From contig JBLDXI010000011.1 of assembly GCA_047495785.1 (NCBI GenBank), forward strand, positions 868,001 through 932,000: 64,000 nucleotides of DNA, in the 5' to 3' direction. This document shows positions 51,163 to 62,403 of the stretch, in pieces. The notes under the pieces were generated by a model. The model was not told the origin of the DNA, made no database searches, and saw nothing but the letters and a program-made list of their open reading frames with translations. Numbering within the stretch: position 1 is the first letter of the stretch; every line of letters begins with the position of its first letter. The DNA comes from Lepidodermella squamata. Its lineage: Eukaryota; Animalia; Gastrotricha. The position numbers and the translations under genes are program-made.

Positions 51163-52083
51163 TTGCAGGTTTACTGTCTTTCAAGAAGCACATAAATGGT
51201 GCCAAAAGCAAAGCAAGAAGAGGTTTGTTTGCTCTCAAGCTGGCCTCGAAGTTCGTAAGTCGTAGGACTGCTATCTTAATGGCCAATGGTTTGATATTTA
51301 GTCACTTGAATTACGGTGACCTGAACTTGGGCCAAGCTGCCCCGACCACACTGGCCAGGCTTCAATCGACGCAAGACCGAGCAGTTCGAGTTATTTGTGG
51401 CGCTCATCCGCTCGCTGATGCTCAACCACTGCGACATCGCCTTGGCTGGGTTGACGTGGAACAAAAACACGCCATCCACCTGGCCACCTTCATATGGAAG
51501 TGCCTTAACAAGCAAGCACCGGCTGCAATGCAAGCGCTTTTTTGTCTGAACCCGCCTCCCCGATACGAGGTTCGAAATTCCGAACCTATGTTCAAGCCGA
51601 AATGCGACTCAAAACGAGAAATGCTTAGTCTGAGTTACAGAGGTCCCGAACTGTGGAATCAACTGCCTATTGAGGCACGGCAGGCCGAGTCAGCTGACAT
51701 ATGCCGTTCAATTGCTCACGCTTTTTTCTACAACAAAAATGCCTCTAGTTTAGCACTTTAATAAATTGATTGCACTCTATTTTTTTACTGTTGTGAAGCT
51801 ATTATGAGCTGCTACTGCCTTTTATGAAGTTGTTGAGATTTTGTTTTAATATTATCTTTATTATTATTACACACTATGTACTACTGATCCAAATTGTTGA
51901 CTGATCACTGCTACATATTAAAACGATGAATGGTCCAAACCTTTGTTTCGTCTCACTGTGCTCACTTTTCCGGTCCTAAATCTGAACCTGTCCTGAAATT
52001 ATCTGTTGCTTTTTCCTTCAAACATTGTCAAGCTGCCCTCTCTTGGGTGTCATAGCTTCTAAATAAATAAATAAATAAATAAA
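51163..52083 (+). mobile_element. Duplicated copy of the same LINE 3' end
   Basis: Mirror of 32190-33110. Confidence 0.85.
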
Positions 52084-55000
52084 ATTACACATCCCAATTG
52101 CCAATTGCACGAAAACTGTATCGCCGGGCGTGTCAGTGCTGACGTCTAGGACTGCAATGTCACTTCGTCACTCGAACACAGCATACCGTTAGTGTTCAGA
52201 TGCTACCCAATATGCGAATTAAGGCCATTTAAGCAACGATACATTGACATATCACGTAAGCTGCGTGAGATGGGATCTGGGATATGATGCTAAGCGCCTG
52301 GTAGGTGGCAGAAGGTTACCATACGACTGCTTGTACATCCGCTGACGGTGCCCATCGCGCGCGGGTGGCACGTGTCATGTTTTGCCTACTCAAAGACACT
52401 GCTGAAGTGACGTTACTGAGCTGACTGCAGATCTGTCTTACAACACCGAGTGTGAATGTCTATCAATCATTTACTTCTGCGAGCTAAGAAGCACATTTTG
52501 GCCGCTTTAGTTGAAAATTCTTGCAAGCTCAGCAATGCTTAAGCTATTTTTTGAATTTATGTGTACAGGGTGTTTCAGAACTCGCGCACTATGAATAACC
52601 TGCGGCAAATGGTTGCCATGGGATCCATAGTAAACGTGCGCGCGCTGCGCCATACGTTCCGCGCACATATGTTTACATTCCTGCGTTGTATAAGGCGCGG
52701 TTAGCGCAACCCGTAAATGTTATATACTATGCAGCTGGCGTTTTACGCTTTATATGGCGCGCAAACGGTATGCGTACATTATAATATGCGCACATCAAAC
52801 ACGAATACGCCGTGATGCTACTGCTTTTATAGGAATATCGCTAAGAATAAAGGCTTCCTCTTGCGAAATATCTGATAATTTGCCGTTTTTCCGATGAAAA
52901 ACTTCAACGTGGACAGGTTCTTAATGCGGCTATGAATGAATTTTAAATTTGCAAAACAAATATTATGGAAATTAATTCAAATAATTTGATTTTTTCGTCA
53001 TTAATGTAGTTTTTTTTGAAGAATTTGGATTCATTGTTATTCACATTTGAAAAGAGCAGCAAAATTGAGAATAATTAACAAGTGTAGTGATAAAAGGTTA
53101 TGTTGCAAAACTCGGATTCCATTTTTATAATGTCGGTGAACACAATTCGAAAACAAAATCGTACGCGCTTCTAAAGGGAAAATGGCTTGTACCACTCCCA
53201 GCACAATGAAAGTAAAAAAGTAGACGTAGCCAAAATCAGCTTATATAACGCTTTGTTAGACACTGAACTTGATTTGAATTGAGCAAATGGTCGTGCCATG
53301 TTGATTTTCCTTGTCAAGGGTGCTAGGGATGCTAAATAAGTAAGTGAGACGCTATGGAGACGCTCCTTTGCAATGCTTTCACTGTAAAAACCTGCTTGCT
53401 TCGTCACCTCACTTTTCAATTCACGCGATACCCGAATAGCGCGCAAAGGTGCTAATAAATTGCGCGTACCATTGAGCGTGTACCTCATTAGATAACTCAC
53501 GTCGCTCATGATGAAGTAATTTTTATTGTTAACTTAATAATGCGTAATAGGTCACTCGTGAGTGTGTGCGCGCGGACGACAATTTGAGCGCTGCGCGCAC
53601 TTGTCGCTTTTTGCTCGTCGTTTGCACATGAATTTTCTGTCGTTTCACAAGTTGACGTTCAAACCGAAGGCGCCTCAGTTCAGTCAATAACCGCCTGGCG
53701 CTTCACCCGCGCTTCGTTTCTAGGTTAATTATCACCATTCAGCCTTCAGCCATTGCCGTCGCTTTTTCATAGATAAATTACCATCTTTGAAAAGCAGCGT
53801 CAGGTTTTCACGATATTAGGGTTATTTTATTACAGTCGTTGGCTGATTAGCGTGGCTGAGTTATATTTTACCGGGCAGGTATCGTCATGCCGGCGACCGG
53901 CGCGGCTGGCATCGAAACACCCGTTTTTTGTGAGATCGTTTAATGATGGCTGCGTTCATAGATTTTTTTACTACGAGAAACGCGTTACTAGATTTTTCAC
54001 TTATGCGGCAATAAAAAAGTAGGTCGGATGCTACAGACTGCAACGCCGGCGAAAATCGTGAAAATCGTGAATAATTTTTTAACAAATAAAATCAACGGGA
54101 TCCAAAAAAAGTTGCTAGTAGCGAGGGATTGCTCTTATCGGGGTTGCTTATATCGAGGGAGCACTGTATACAGCCCTATTTTTCCTACAAAAAATACAGC
54201 CAGAAAAAGTGTGCAAAGTGTAGAAATGGGGCTGCTTGTGCGCACAAAAAGTGCCGGGGCGAAAATAAGAAGAAAAAAATGGCTCGACCCCACGAGGAGT
54301 CGAACCCTCCACACCGATTTCGCCCGATAAATAAAGTCACATTTGCGAATGGCGTATAATTTCTGCATTGTGCACAGATTCAAAAATCAAGTGCTGGAAA
54401 AATACACTTTATGCTGTATAAAATATAGCGAATTTTCGAACGCGTGGAAATTATTGCATTTTTTGTAGAAAGTGCCATTTTCGAACGACAATACACTAAA
54501 TAAAGTATATACTGTTCGAAGTGTTGCGAATAAAAAAAACCCCTCTGCTTCGAAAGCAGTATCCTTCATTGTCTCAACTTACCGTATTTCGCGAATTATT
54601 GGCAGAACCGAAGTTAAGGGCAGACGGTTATGGCCATTTTAACCCTCTTTGACCGGCATATAGATATCTCCCCGGGAAATTAATTCTGACTTGACATTCT
54701 TACTAACTTTGATGCGCAGATCATGAATCCGAAATCCGTTTTCAAAAATACATCACCAAGTTACGTAATGACACACCGGTGTTACAATAGGCGGATGACC
54801 GCCTGATACCTGGGGGACGGGATGATGTTATTTATTCCCTATTTTAAATCGTGATACTATCAGAAACTCTTCACGAACTCTTCACAACATCAGTTTTTGC
54901 CAGCAACGCATTTCGAGGCTGATGGCCAACAAGTCAATGCAAGTAATGACGTTGAGACTTGGACCTTGGACCTGGACCTTTGATAATTGGGTCTGAAGGC

Positions 55001-55329
55001 CTGAAATGAGTGGCGATTCAAAATATTAAGATCTAAGGAGCTGGGTAATGATGATTAACTCTGCCACTTGCCAGGAAAAATGAAAGAACCCTGAGAAATT
55101 CGGTCCAGCCAGGAAAAAATCAGTAATTACCGAAAAATATTGGTCAAAGGTTCCGACTTCTAGGTCCTATTATGTGTTTTAATCGATTTTTAACTGATTT
55201 GAAGTAAGAAAATGAATGTTCAATACGTTGAAAGCCTATTTGACACTTTGCGATGCCTACAATTGAGCACCACGACCGCTGAAGCAATAAATAATCGATT
55301 AATTACTCGGACCGATTTGAGCCTATTTG

Positions 55330-56260
55330 GATGTTTATACAGGGAAATTTTCGGATACAGGGATACAGGGAAGGCGAATTGCGCAATAAAGTAGGAGGAG
55401 TAGGAGGAGGAGCGATATTTTTTTGGACCATTTACTGAATGAATGACCGAGGTATCCCCAGCTAAAAAGTTCTACTTCGCACACTGCGGTGAGCGCTTTG
55501 TCGAATTTTGCGCAACCAACGAACTGGTGATCGGTGGCTCTTTGTTCCCCACAAGGAGAGTCGTCACTGAATCTGCTGACGGGGGTTCTGTACTGGAAGA
55601 AGAATAGGAGGAAGCCTTGGATCTCCGCCAAAACTTGGGCGTTAATGTTAATCGAGGATAGAGCGCGTCTGCAGGTAGACTGTCTCAAGTCATCCCCAAA
55701 AGGCAGCCGACCTAGAAATCTCCACTGATGTACCATCCGTTAGCGAGATTAAGGCGGCTATCCTGGCCATGAAGAACTGGAAAGCTTCCGGATGCGACGC
55801 ATTTACATAGCGAGCACCAAGCGATTGGCTGACGCTGACCGGACTGATCGTGAATATCCCAAAAAGAGGGATCTCGCCAACTGCGACAACTGGCGAGGCA
55901 TCACCCTCCTTTCAATTCCCAGAAAGGTGTTTTGTCGGGTAATCTTGTGCCGCATAAGGGACCAGATTGATAAGCTGTTGCGAGAAGAACAGGCTGGTTT
56001 TCGCTCGCTTCGTGGGTTCATCGATCAAATCTTTGCCCTGCGTCGAGTAGTGTCTCCTGTGGAACACTCCAGCGCTTATTAATTTTGTCGACTTCAAGAC
56101 AGCGTTCACCGCGATGCCTTGTGGAAGATCCTCCGCCACTACGGCGTTCCGGATAAAATTGTCCGACTCATCGTCATGTTCTACACCGGCTTTCAGAGCC
56201 GTGTGTTGATGGAGGCTGGACTTGAGAGTGAGAGCTTAGCGGAAAACTCTGGTGTCACAT
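55330..56260 (+). pseudogene. Decayed RTE-clade LINE fragment
   Basis: PKKRDLANCDNWRGITLLS, LLREEQAGFR and WKILRHYGVPDKIV motifs; frameshifts and deletions. Confidence 0.88.
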
Positions 56261-56301
56261 TTGACGTAGATAGGACGCCGCACTCAGAGCACGCCGACAG
56301 A

Positions 56302-57204
56302 GCCGTAAGGTATTCCGGGATAGCCCCAATGTATGGTATACATCGTGTATAGCGCGCACTTGTATACAACCGTATGCTATACAGCGTGTATACGATACAT
56401 GTATACTATACAACCATGGAGTGCGCACTAGGTGCTTGTATACCATACATGTATACTATACAAGTTGCAACTTCTTGAGCGCGCTTCTAAGCAATCTACA
56501 CGCACTCTTCACAAGAAACAGCTTTTTAAAGCTCCTGAAGTTAACTGTTTTCGAGCCAATCAAATAATTACTCCTCTAGACATGTCCCTCATTCCACAGT
56601 CTGGCCACAATTCAGTTTGGCTGTAAAATTCATACCTAATTTTCCGGAAGTTGAATGCTGAACGCTTGTTCATAGAGCCTAGAGCAACTACCGATTTAGC
56701 TAAATTCTAATGTTAAGCAGCGGGTCATACTTCTACCAACTTGGTCTGCATTTCAGGCAGTGTGCGACTTTCAGGGGGGGATGGGGGGATCATCCCCCCC
56801 AGCTCGGCCGGGCCAGACATCAAAATGAAAATTTTTCCACTGTTTTGTTAATTTTGGAAGGTTCTGGGGCGCGTTTTAGTGGAAAATCTCCAAAATGTTC
56901 TCGCTTCGCTCGATTATTAGCCGAAATGACACGTCATTTTGGCAAAAACAGCAAAAAAAATTTTTCCATCCCCGGGAGCTCGCGGATCGAAGATCGCACC
57001 CTGATTTTAGATTTGAAAACGGCCGTGTTTTTGGTGTACTTGTATGGTATACAAGTGCGCGCACGCATCCGCAGCTTGTATAGTAAACATGTATAGTATA
57101 CACTATACACGCTGTATAGCATACGGTTGTATAGTATACAAGTGCGCGCTATACGCGATGTATACTATACATTGGGGCTATCCCGGAATACCTTACGGCC
57201 CGGC
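56302..57204. mobile_element. MITE with long (~150-bp) TIRs, probable 8-bp TSD CCGACAGA
   Basis: GCCGTAAGGTATTCCGGGATAGCCCCAATGTAT and its reverse complement at 57167-57199; CCGACAGA at 56294-56301 and 57205-57212. Confidence 0.75.
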
Positions 57205-58452
57205 CCGACAGACAAGAAAACCTGTTCACTTTTTTCCTCATTAATATTCAGAATATTTTGTAGCTTATAAAAAATAATATGACGGGGCTCAATTCGAATT
57301 TGATTACTTATTAAAATCTTAAAAATTTAAAATTAATTAGTTCAAGTTTCAAAGATCGCAAACAGTAGTGATTTGGCGCGGTTTCCGAGACGCTACAAAG
57401 AGACCTCTTTAAAGCCTCTTTAAAGATGAAATGGCAGCATCTGCTCAAAATTACACAGAAATTCGGTCGTTCTATAATGGGGCAAAAAATTGTTTACTTT
57501 CTCCTATCAGGTTGATTTTGGTGTCAAAATGTACCTCTCGTCAAGTGGAGTGTAAAAAGCATTACAGCCAATCCCGAGGCAGTCACTCCCTTTCTTAATT
57601 TGCGTCCCGAAGAAAAAAATTCTTGGACCCAGACCTACACAATATAGCATGGGAAAGATGTGTTTTTTAAGTTTTTCATGGATATAGAAATAGTCGATTT
57701 GTGATAGAGTTCAGGGATTAAATAGTCGATTAGTAAAGTCGACAAGCGCTATCGATGGTGCTATCGATTTGACCGTAGCTATTACGTAACCCGTAGATCT
57801 GATTTTCTATGGACCCATGATTCTTTTTGACCGATGTTGAAATTTTCAATATTAGAAAATAAATTTAACATATAAATTTAAATATTTTAGAAATACAGTG
57901 AGTTTCAGAATTATGTGCCCAGTACTTCCTTGTTTGTGTAGTTTTTTCTTATGTTGTGAGTATTCACCACATTCACAAAGCTGTTGCTATCATTATTACC
58001 AGCTCACCAATACGCATATACGCACAACGTGGAGAATTAAGCGATTTTTTCGATAATATCGCGAGGACTGACTCTCTTAACCAGCAAATGCATTCATATC
58101 AGAGCTGGAAGCCATAATCCGAATCATTAATTAATATTAGGTTTCAATTTAGATTAATAGCCATCTTCTAAAATTAATTTAAAACCGCTTAAATTGGGAG
58201 CAAGCACTCCCATAGCGGATTAAGTTGATTTTATGGAATAAAAAGAAATCACCTATGGTTCTTACATCTCCTTATTCATCTCGAAATTGCAAGAACATTT
58301 TAATTTCATGATGAAATATCGCATTAAAAATTTGAAACACTGAACTTTGCCCCTTATTAGTCTGACTACAGTTTTTCGTGTCCGAAAACCTCGTAGTGCG
58401 GCGTCCTATCTACGTCACATAAGGTTTTTCTGTTGAAAAGACATATTACGAA

Positions 58453-58520
58453 TATTTCGGTACTTTTTCGGTAGTACTACCGAAAAACTACCGAAATACT
58501 ACCGCACGACTACCGCAAAA
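58453..58520. repeat. 46-bp near-perfect palindrome plus ACTACCG repeats
   Basis: Perfect 24-bp core TTTTTCGGTAGT|ACTACCGAAAAA at 58464-58487. Confidence 0.9.
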
Positions 58521-58820
58521 GAAGAAAATGAAGATCAGAGTAAGAATACATGTTTCCTGCGGCGATGTGTCTATTTTATCGATGAAATATATTTATTGTC
58601 TCATTTACGCTAAGTTATTTACTAAATCGTTGAAAAATAAAATTAGTTTCAAGAATTTAGCGGTAACAGTTTTGCGCCTCGTGGAGGGCTAAACGGGTAA
58701 ATGTAAGGGGCGTGATGTTGTCATGTGTAGCTGTTTCACAGGAGCGGCGTCGTGGTTTGATAGCTATCTTCTAACCTATTTGACGTTGCAATGTCCTGTT
58801 TTAAGATTTTTCTGTTCTAG

Positions 58821-59727
58821 ATGACAGCGGCTAAAGTATTTTGTGTCATTATTTCGGAGGAGAGTCCGCTGAGATTGGCGGAGATTGTCAAAGGCAACAG
58901 TTTGGCAGTTGTGCGGGAAGCTCTCCGGGTCATTTTGCTACCTAAGGTTGAGTCCGTAGAGCTCTACTACGAGGTCTCGTTTTGTTTCGCGCGTCCTTTT
59001 ACAGTTGTTGCAGTTTTCATCATTTCAGCTAGACGATCGGACCGATGTGCTCATAGGTACTGATGATTGCGTCAACCGCATGGTTGATATGCATCTTCTT
59101 TACAAACCAGAAGAGCCTGCCTGCATGTATCTCTGCCCAGCGAGAGCCAGAGTAGAGGAAAGTGCTATTCTGCGTCCCGCTCAGACATCATCGACTTCCA
59201 CTTCTGGGGCCGGCTCCACGTTGAACTTTAACATGGGGCCTTTAAAGACTCCGAAGCCGCAATCTTCGCAACCTATTGTCAGAAAGCGGTTATTTGAGAA
59301 GCACAAAGTTCGCTTCGAAGAAAGTGAGGATGACGATGATGACGAAGATCCGCCGAGATACAGGTAAGAGAGTTGCGGCCTCTTCGTTTAATGATTTGCT
59401 TCATGCGTCATCTCCAGGTATCCTAGCAAATGGGCTACGCCTTGCAAGTAATACTTTTTGATGCTTCGAGTTCTTTTATCAATAATTGTATCTCGTATCA
59501 GACGACTGACTAGAAAGCGAACGAAGTCGTCTATTTTGCGACAGGGTGAGTACACGACAGTGGAAGAAGACGCTTGTCAGGCGATTGCTGATTACTTGAA
59601 CAAGAAGGGAAAAGTGCTGACAGAGGCAACTTTCTTCGAGGCAATGGCAGCTTTAAAAATGCATTTTGAGGATATCTTTGGTAGCCGAAAGGTAGCCAAC
59701 ATATTGAAAAAGATGGGAGAGCTATAG
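58821..59727 (+). CDS. Recombinase-element gene A, ~247 aa, PB1-like + Myb/SANT-like: exons 58821-58973, 59029-59363, 59418-59447, 59502-59727
   Basis: Introns of 55, 54 and 54 nt give an open frame. LYYELDDRTDVLIGTDD is OPCA-like; GEYTTVEE....IADY...FEDIFGSRKVANILKKM is Myb/SANT-like. Confidence 0.72.
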
Positions 59728-59783
59728 TTGACTGACACCTGTTGAAGAACGAGATGACACCTGTTGCATTTCTTATTTTTAGA

Positions 59784-62168
59784 ATGTCTGTTGTTAAACT
59801 GAAATATGGTTCGCACTTGAAACTTGCAGAGATTACCGAGGAAGATTCATTTGAATCCCTCCGGTCTCAAGCCACGCAGTTATTTGGCATTGAGGAACAA
59901 AGCGTCAGATATTCTTGGGGTATATTTGATATTTGAACTCGAAGTTTGAGAAGTGATCAAACCATCCGTTTTTCCATTAGTCTGTGATCCTGATCCCATT
60001 GTTTTGGACGAATTGCAGCTCAAGCTGGCGATGAAAACCGGGAGCCTGCTCACAATTGAATTACTAGCTAAGAATAGTGACGTTACGAAACCTCGAAAGA
60101 AAGCCAACCACAAAAGTAAATCTCAACTTCGAATCAATGGGCGCTTCACGAAACAAAAAGTTAACTCGAAATCACGACACCCTGGTATAGGGCGGCCTTG
60201 TCCGAAGTGCGAAAAACCCCTTCGTGACAAAACGTCGCTTGAACGTCACCTGTTGTCCATATCTGCCTGTGTAGCTGGTCCGACAGAACCAACAAATCTG
60301 GCGTCATTGTTAGCTGAATCGAAGCGGTGAGTTTTCATACTGAAATTGTGTTGCGAGTAATTGATTAGATGACATCTAGGATTGCGCTATTGTCAAAACA
60401 TGAGAAGAAAAATGTGACGCGAATAGAAGAGGAGATTTTGCCGTCTTCCGTCGGCTTGCCTTCCTCGGTTAATGTGACCGTCAATAACTTCCAGAGCAGT
60501 TCACTTACAACCGATGATGTCGAAGACAAGCCTAAATCTGGTCGTGAAATTGAGCAATATTTGCACGAGTTTGGAAGATCTTTTGAAAACCCTATTTTCG
60601 GATCAAGTAACCGAGCTCGATCAACTATTAAAAAGATTATTGATGGCGCAAAACAAGTGGTCAAGCAGTGTGGCTACAAATTCATCGATGATCTTTATTC
60701 TCGTGAAGGATTCGAAGCTCTTCAGCGACCGTTCAAACGAGACATCATGTTTGGCACGAAGAAAGCTTTATGCCAAGCCTATCGAGAATTTGTGGAATTT
60801 CTGGAATTCTATGATGACATTAACGTTGACGAGCGTCGGAGAGTTCTGCTCCTATCGTTTTTGAAGAAGGCCTACGACTCCTTCAATCGAGGTGTTGCAA
60901 TCGATAACGCTGACCGCCGTGTTCGCATATCTGAAGCTATAAGGAACAAGGAGCTACCAACTTTCTCCGAAGTCTGCCTCGTTCTCGATGGCTTACGCTC
61001 TGTGGTAAATCAACGTGCGCTTTCAGTTCTTTCAACTGTGTATTATTGATTGCAGGCTGATGAATTGCGTGGGAAATCTAATATTGATGTTGACGACTTC
61101 AAAGTCTTCATCGGTTTCGTTGCTTTTAGCCTAGTCAAGCGTTGTGCTATTCGCCCTGGCGCAATGACCCTAATGACCATTTCCGAGTTTAAAAAGCCTG
61201 TGCTTGAGGGCAAAGGGGCTGTATTGGTCCATGTGAAGGGCCAGAAGGCTTCTACCTACAATGACGGGTTCGTTAACTATTCGGAGGAAGTTTACGACAT
61301 TTGCACCGAATATCTGGACAATTGGCGAATTCCGTCTTCGCTGCAGCACTTCTTCGTTTGGCCATCGACAAAAAAAGCAGTAACGTCGCAAGATCTGGGC
61401 AGAATTTGTAAAACGTTCTTCCACTATCATGTCAAAAAGGAATTTTGTTTTACCGACTATCGTCAGTATATACAGACCGTTTTTTCTCAGACTTGTTCGG
61501 ATGAGTCTGAGAAAAAATGGTTCAACCGAATTATGCAGCATAGGTAAGTAAGCTGTTAGCCCTATATTGATTAGTTTTATGCTTTTCATTTAAACAGTGA
61601 TGATGTCGGGCGCCAATATTATGAAATGGCTATGGCCCCCCAATTCCATGCGAAGATGGGCCGAAAAATCGAATCAGAGATGCTGATTCGAGAAAAAAAC
61701 TGGCTCGCAACAGGCGGTTACCTTAGTGAAACAGAAGGAGAGAGCGATGCGGAAGCCCTTACTCACCAGGCTGATACAGGTGTGGCTATACAGTCAAGGT
61801 TGTGTAAATCGTCGTGTAAGCAGCACTTGCCAAGGAAAGAAAAAGCCAGAAGCAACATTATCGACCTAGAAAGTTCTGCAGACTCCACCAGCGAGTATGC
61901 TGCTCCCAAGAGGAGGCGAGGAAGACCCCCTATGCGAAGGACTAGTGCTTCGAGTGCTGAAATTTCCTCCGAGAACAGTAAGGCAGAAGCCTCAGAGAAG
62001 AAGCGAGTAGTGCGAGTTGGTCGATCGACTTCGTCGCGCAGTTCGAGTGCATCTTCCGTCTCGACGAGCAGCACTGGCAGAAAACGAGGGAGGCCAAGAA
62101 AGTCATCCTTTAGCTCTAGAAGCTCGTCATTAAACTCTTCCGAAAAAGAACATGGTTCGAACAATTGA
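59784..62168 (+). CDS. Tyrosine recombinase, ~721 aa (PB1/ubiquitin-like, Zn finger, recombinase, AT-hooks): exons 59784-59919, 59981-60326, 60380-61004, 61056-61543, 61598-62168
   Basis: Candidate catalytic residues IRPGA (R), GQKAS (K), TDYR (R) and MQHSDDVGRQYY (H, Y; formed across the last intron). CPKC..RH...C finger; RRGRP and KRGRPRK AT-hooks. Confidence 0.87.
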
Positions 62169-62347
62169 AATAAACCAAAATCTGGGGTAAATTGCGATGT
62201 TAGGTAGACACGTGTTGTTGATTTGAAAATTACTTAAAGTTTATGAAGTTGATTGTTTTAATGACGCTTTAAAATGAATAATTTGATGAAATATCAATAA
62301 ATACTTGAAATCTACTTGGAGTATGAGGAGTAATTTTTGCGTTCGAA

Positions 62348-62403
62348 AACTACCGAAAAACTACCGAAAAACTACCGCATAAACTACCGAAAAACTACCG
62401 CAG
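62348..62403 (+). repeat. Five direct ACTACCG(A/C) repeats, 12-13-bp period
   Basis: Same motif and orientation as 58476-58516. Confidence 0.9.

Larger units (their letters stand above)
46931..54061 (-). repeat. Right arm of inverted duplication, including a truncated EnSpm end (53380-54061)
   Basis: Differences found: 1-bp indel (~33678), one SNP (~33714) and a 22-bp tandem duplication (~47355-47398). Confidence 0.98.

Noticed and set aside
30212-54061. One giant transposon with 7-kb TIRs
   Set aside because: The arms cut through other elements and no TSD is seen at the outer ends.
54275-54325. tRNA gene on the minus strand (GGTTCGACTCC then a T-run)
   Set aside because: Only a T-arm/B-box-like half; no matching 5' acceptor strand or D-arm.
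59784-62168. Phage integrase or bacterial contamination; DIRS retroelement
   Set aside because: The gene has four spliceosomal introns and AT-hooks, and no linked RT/RNase H.
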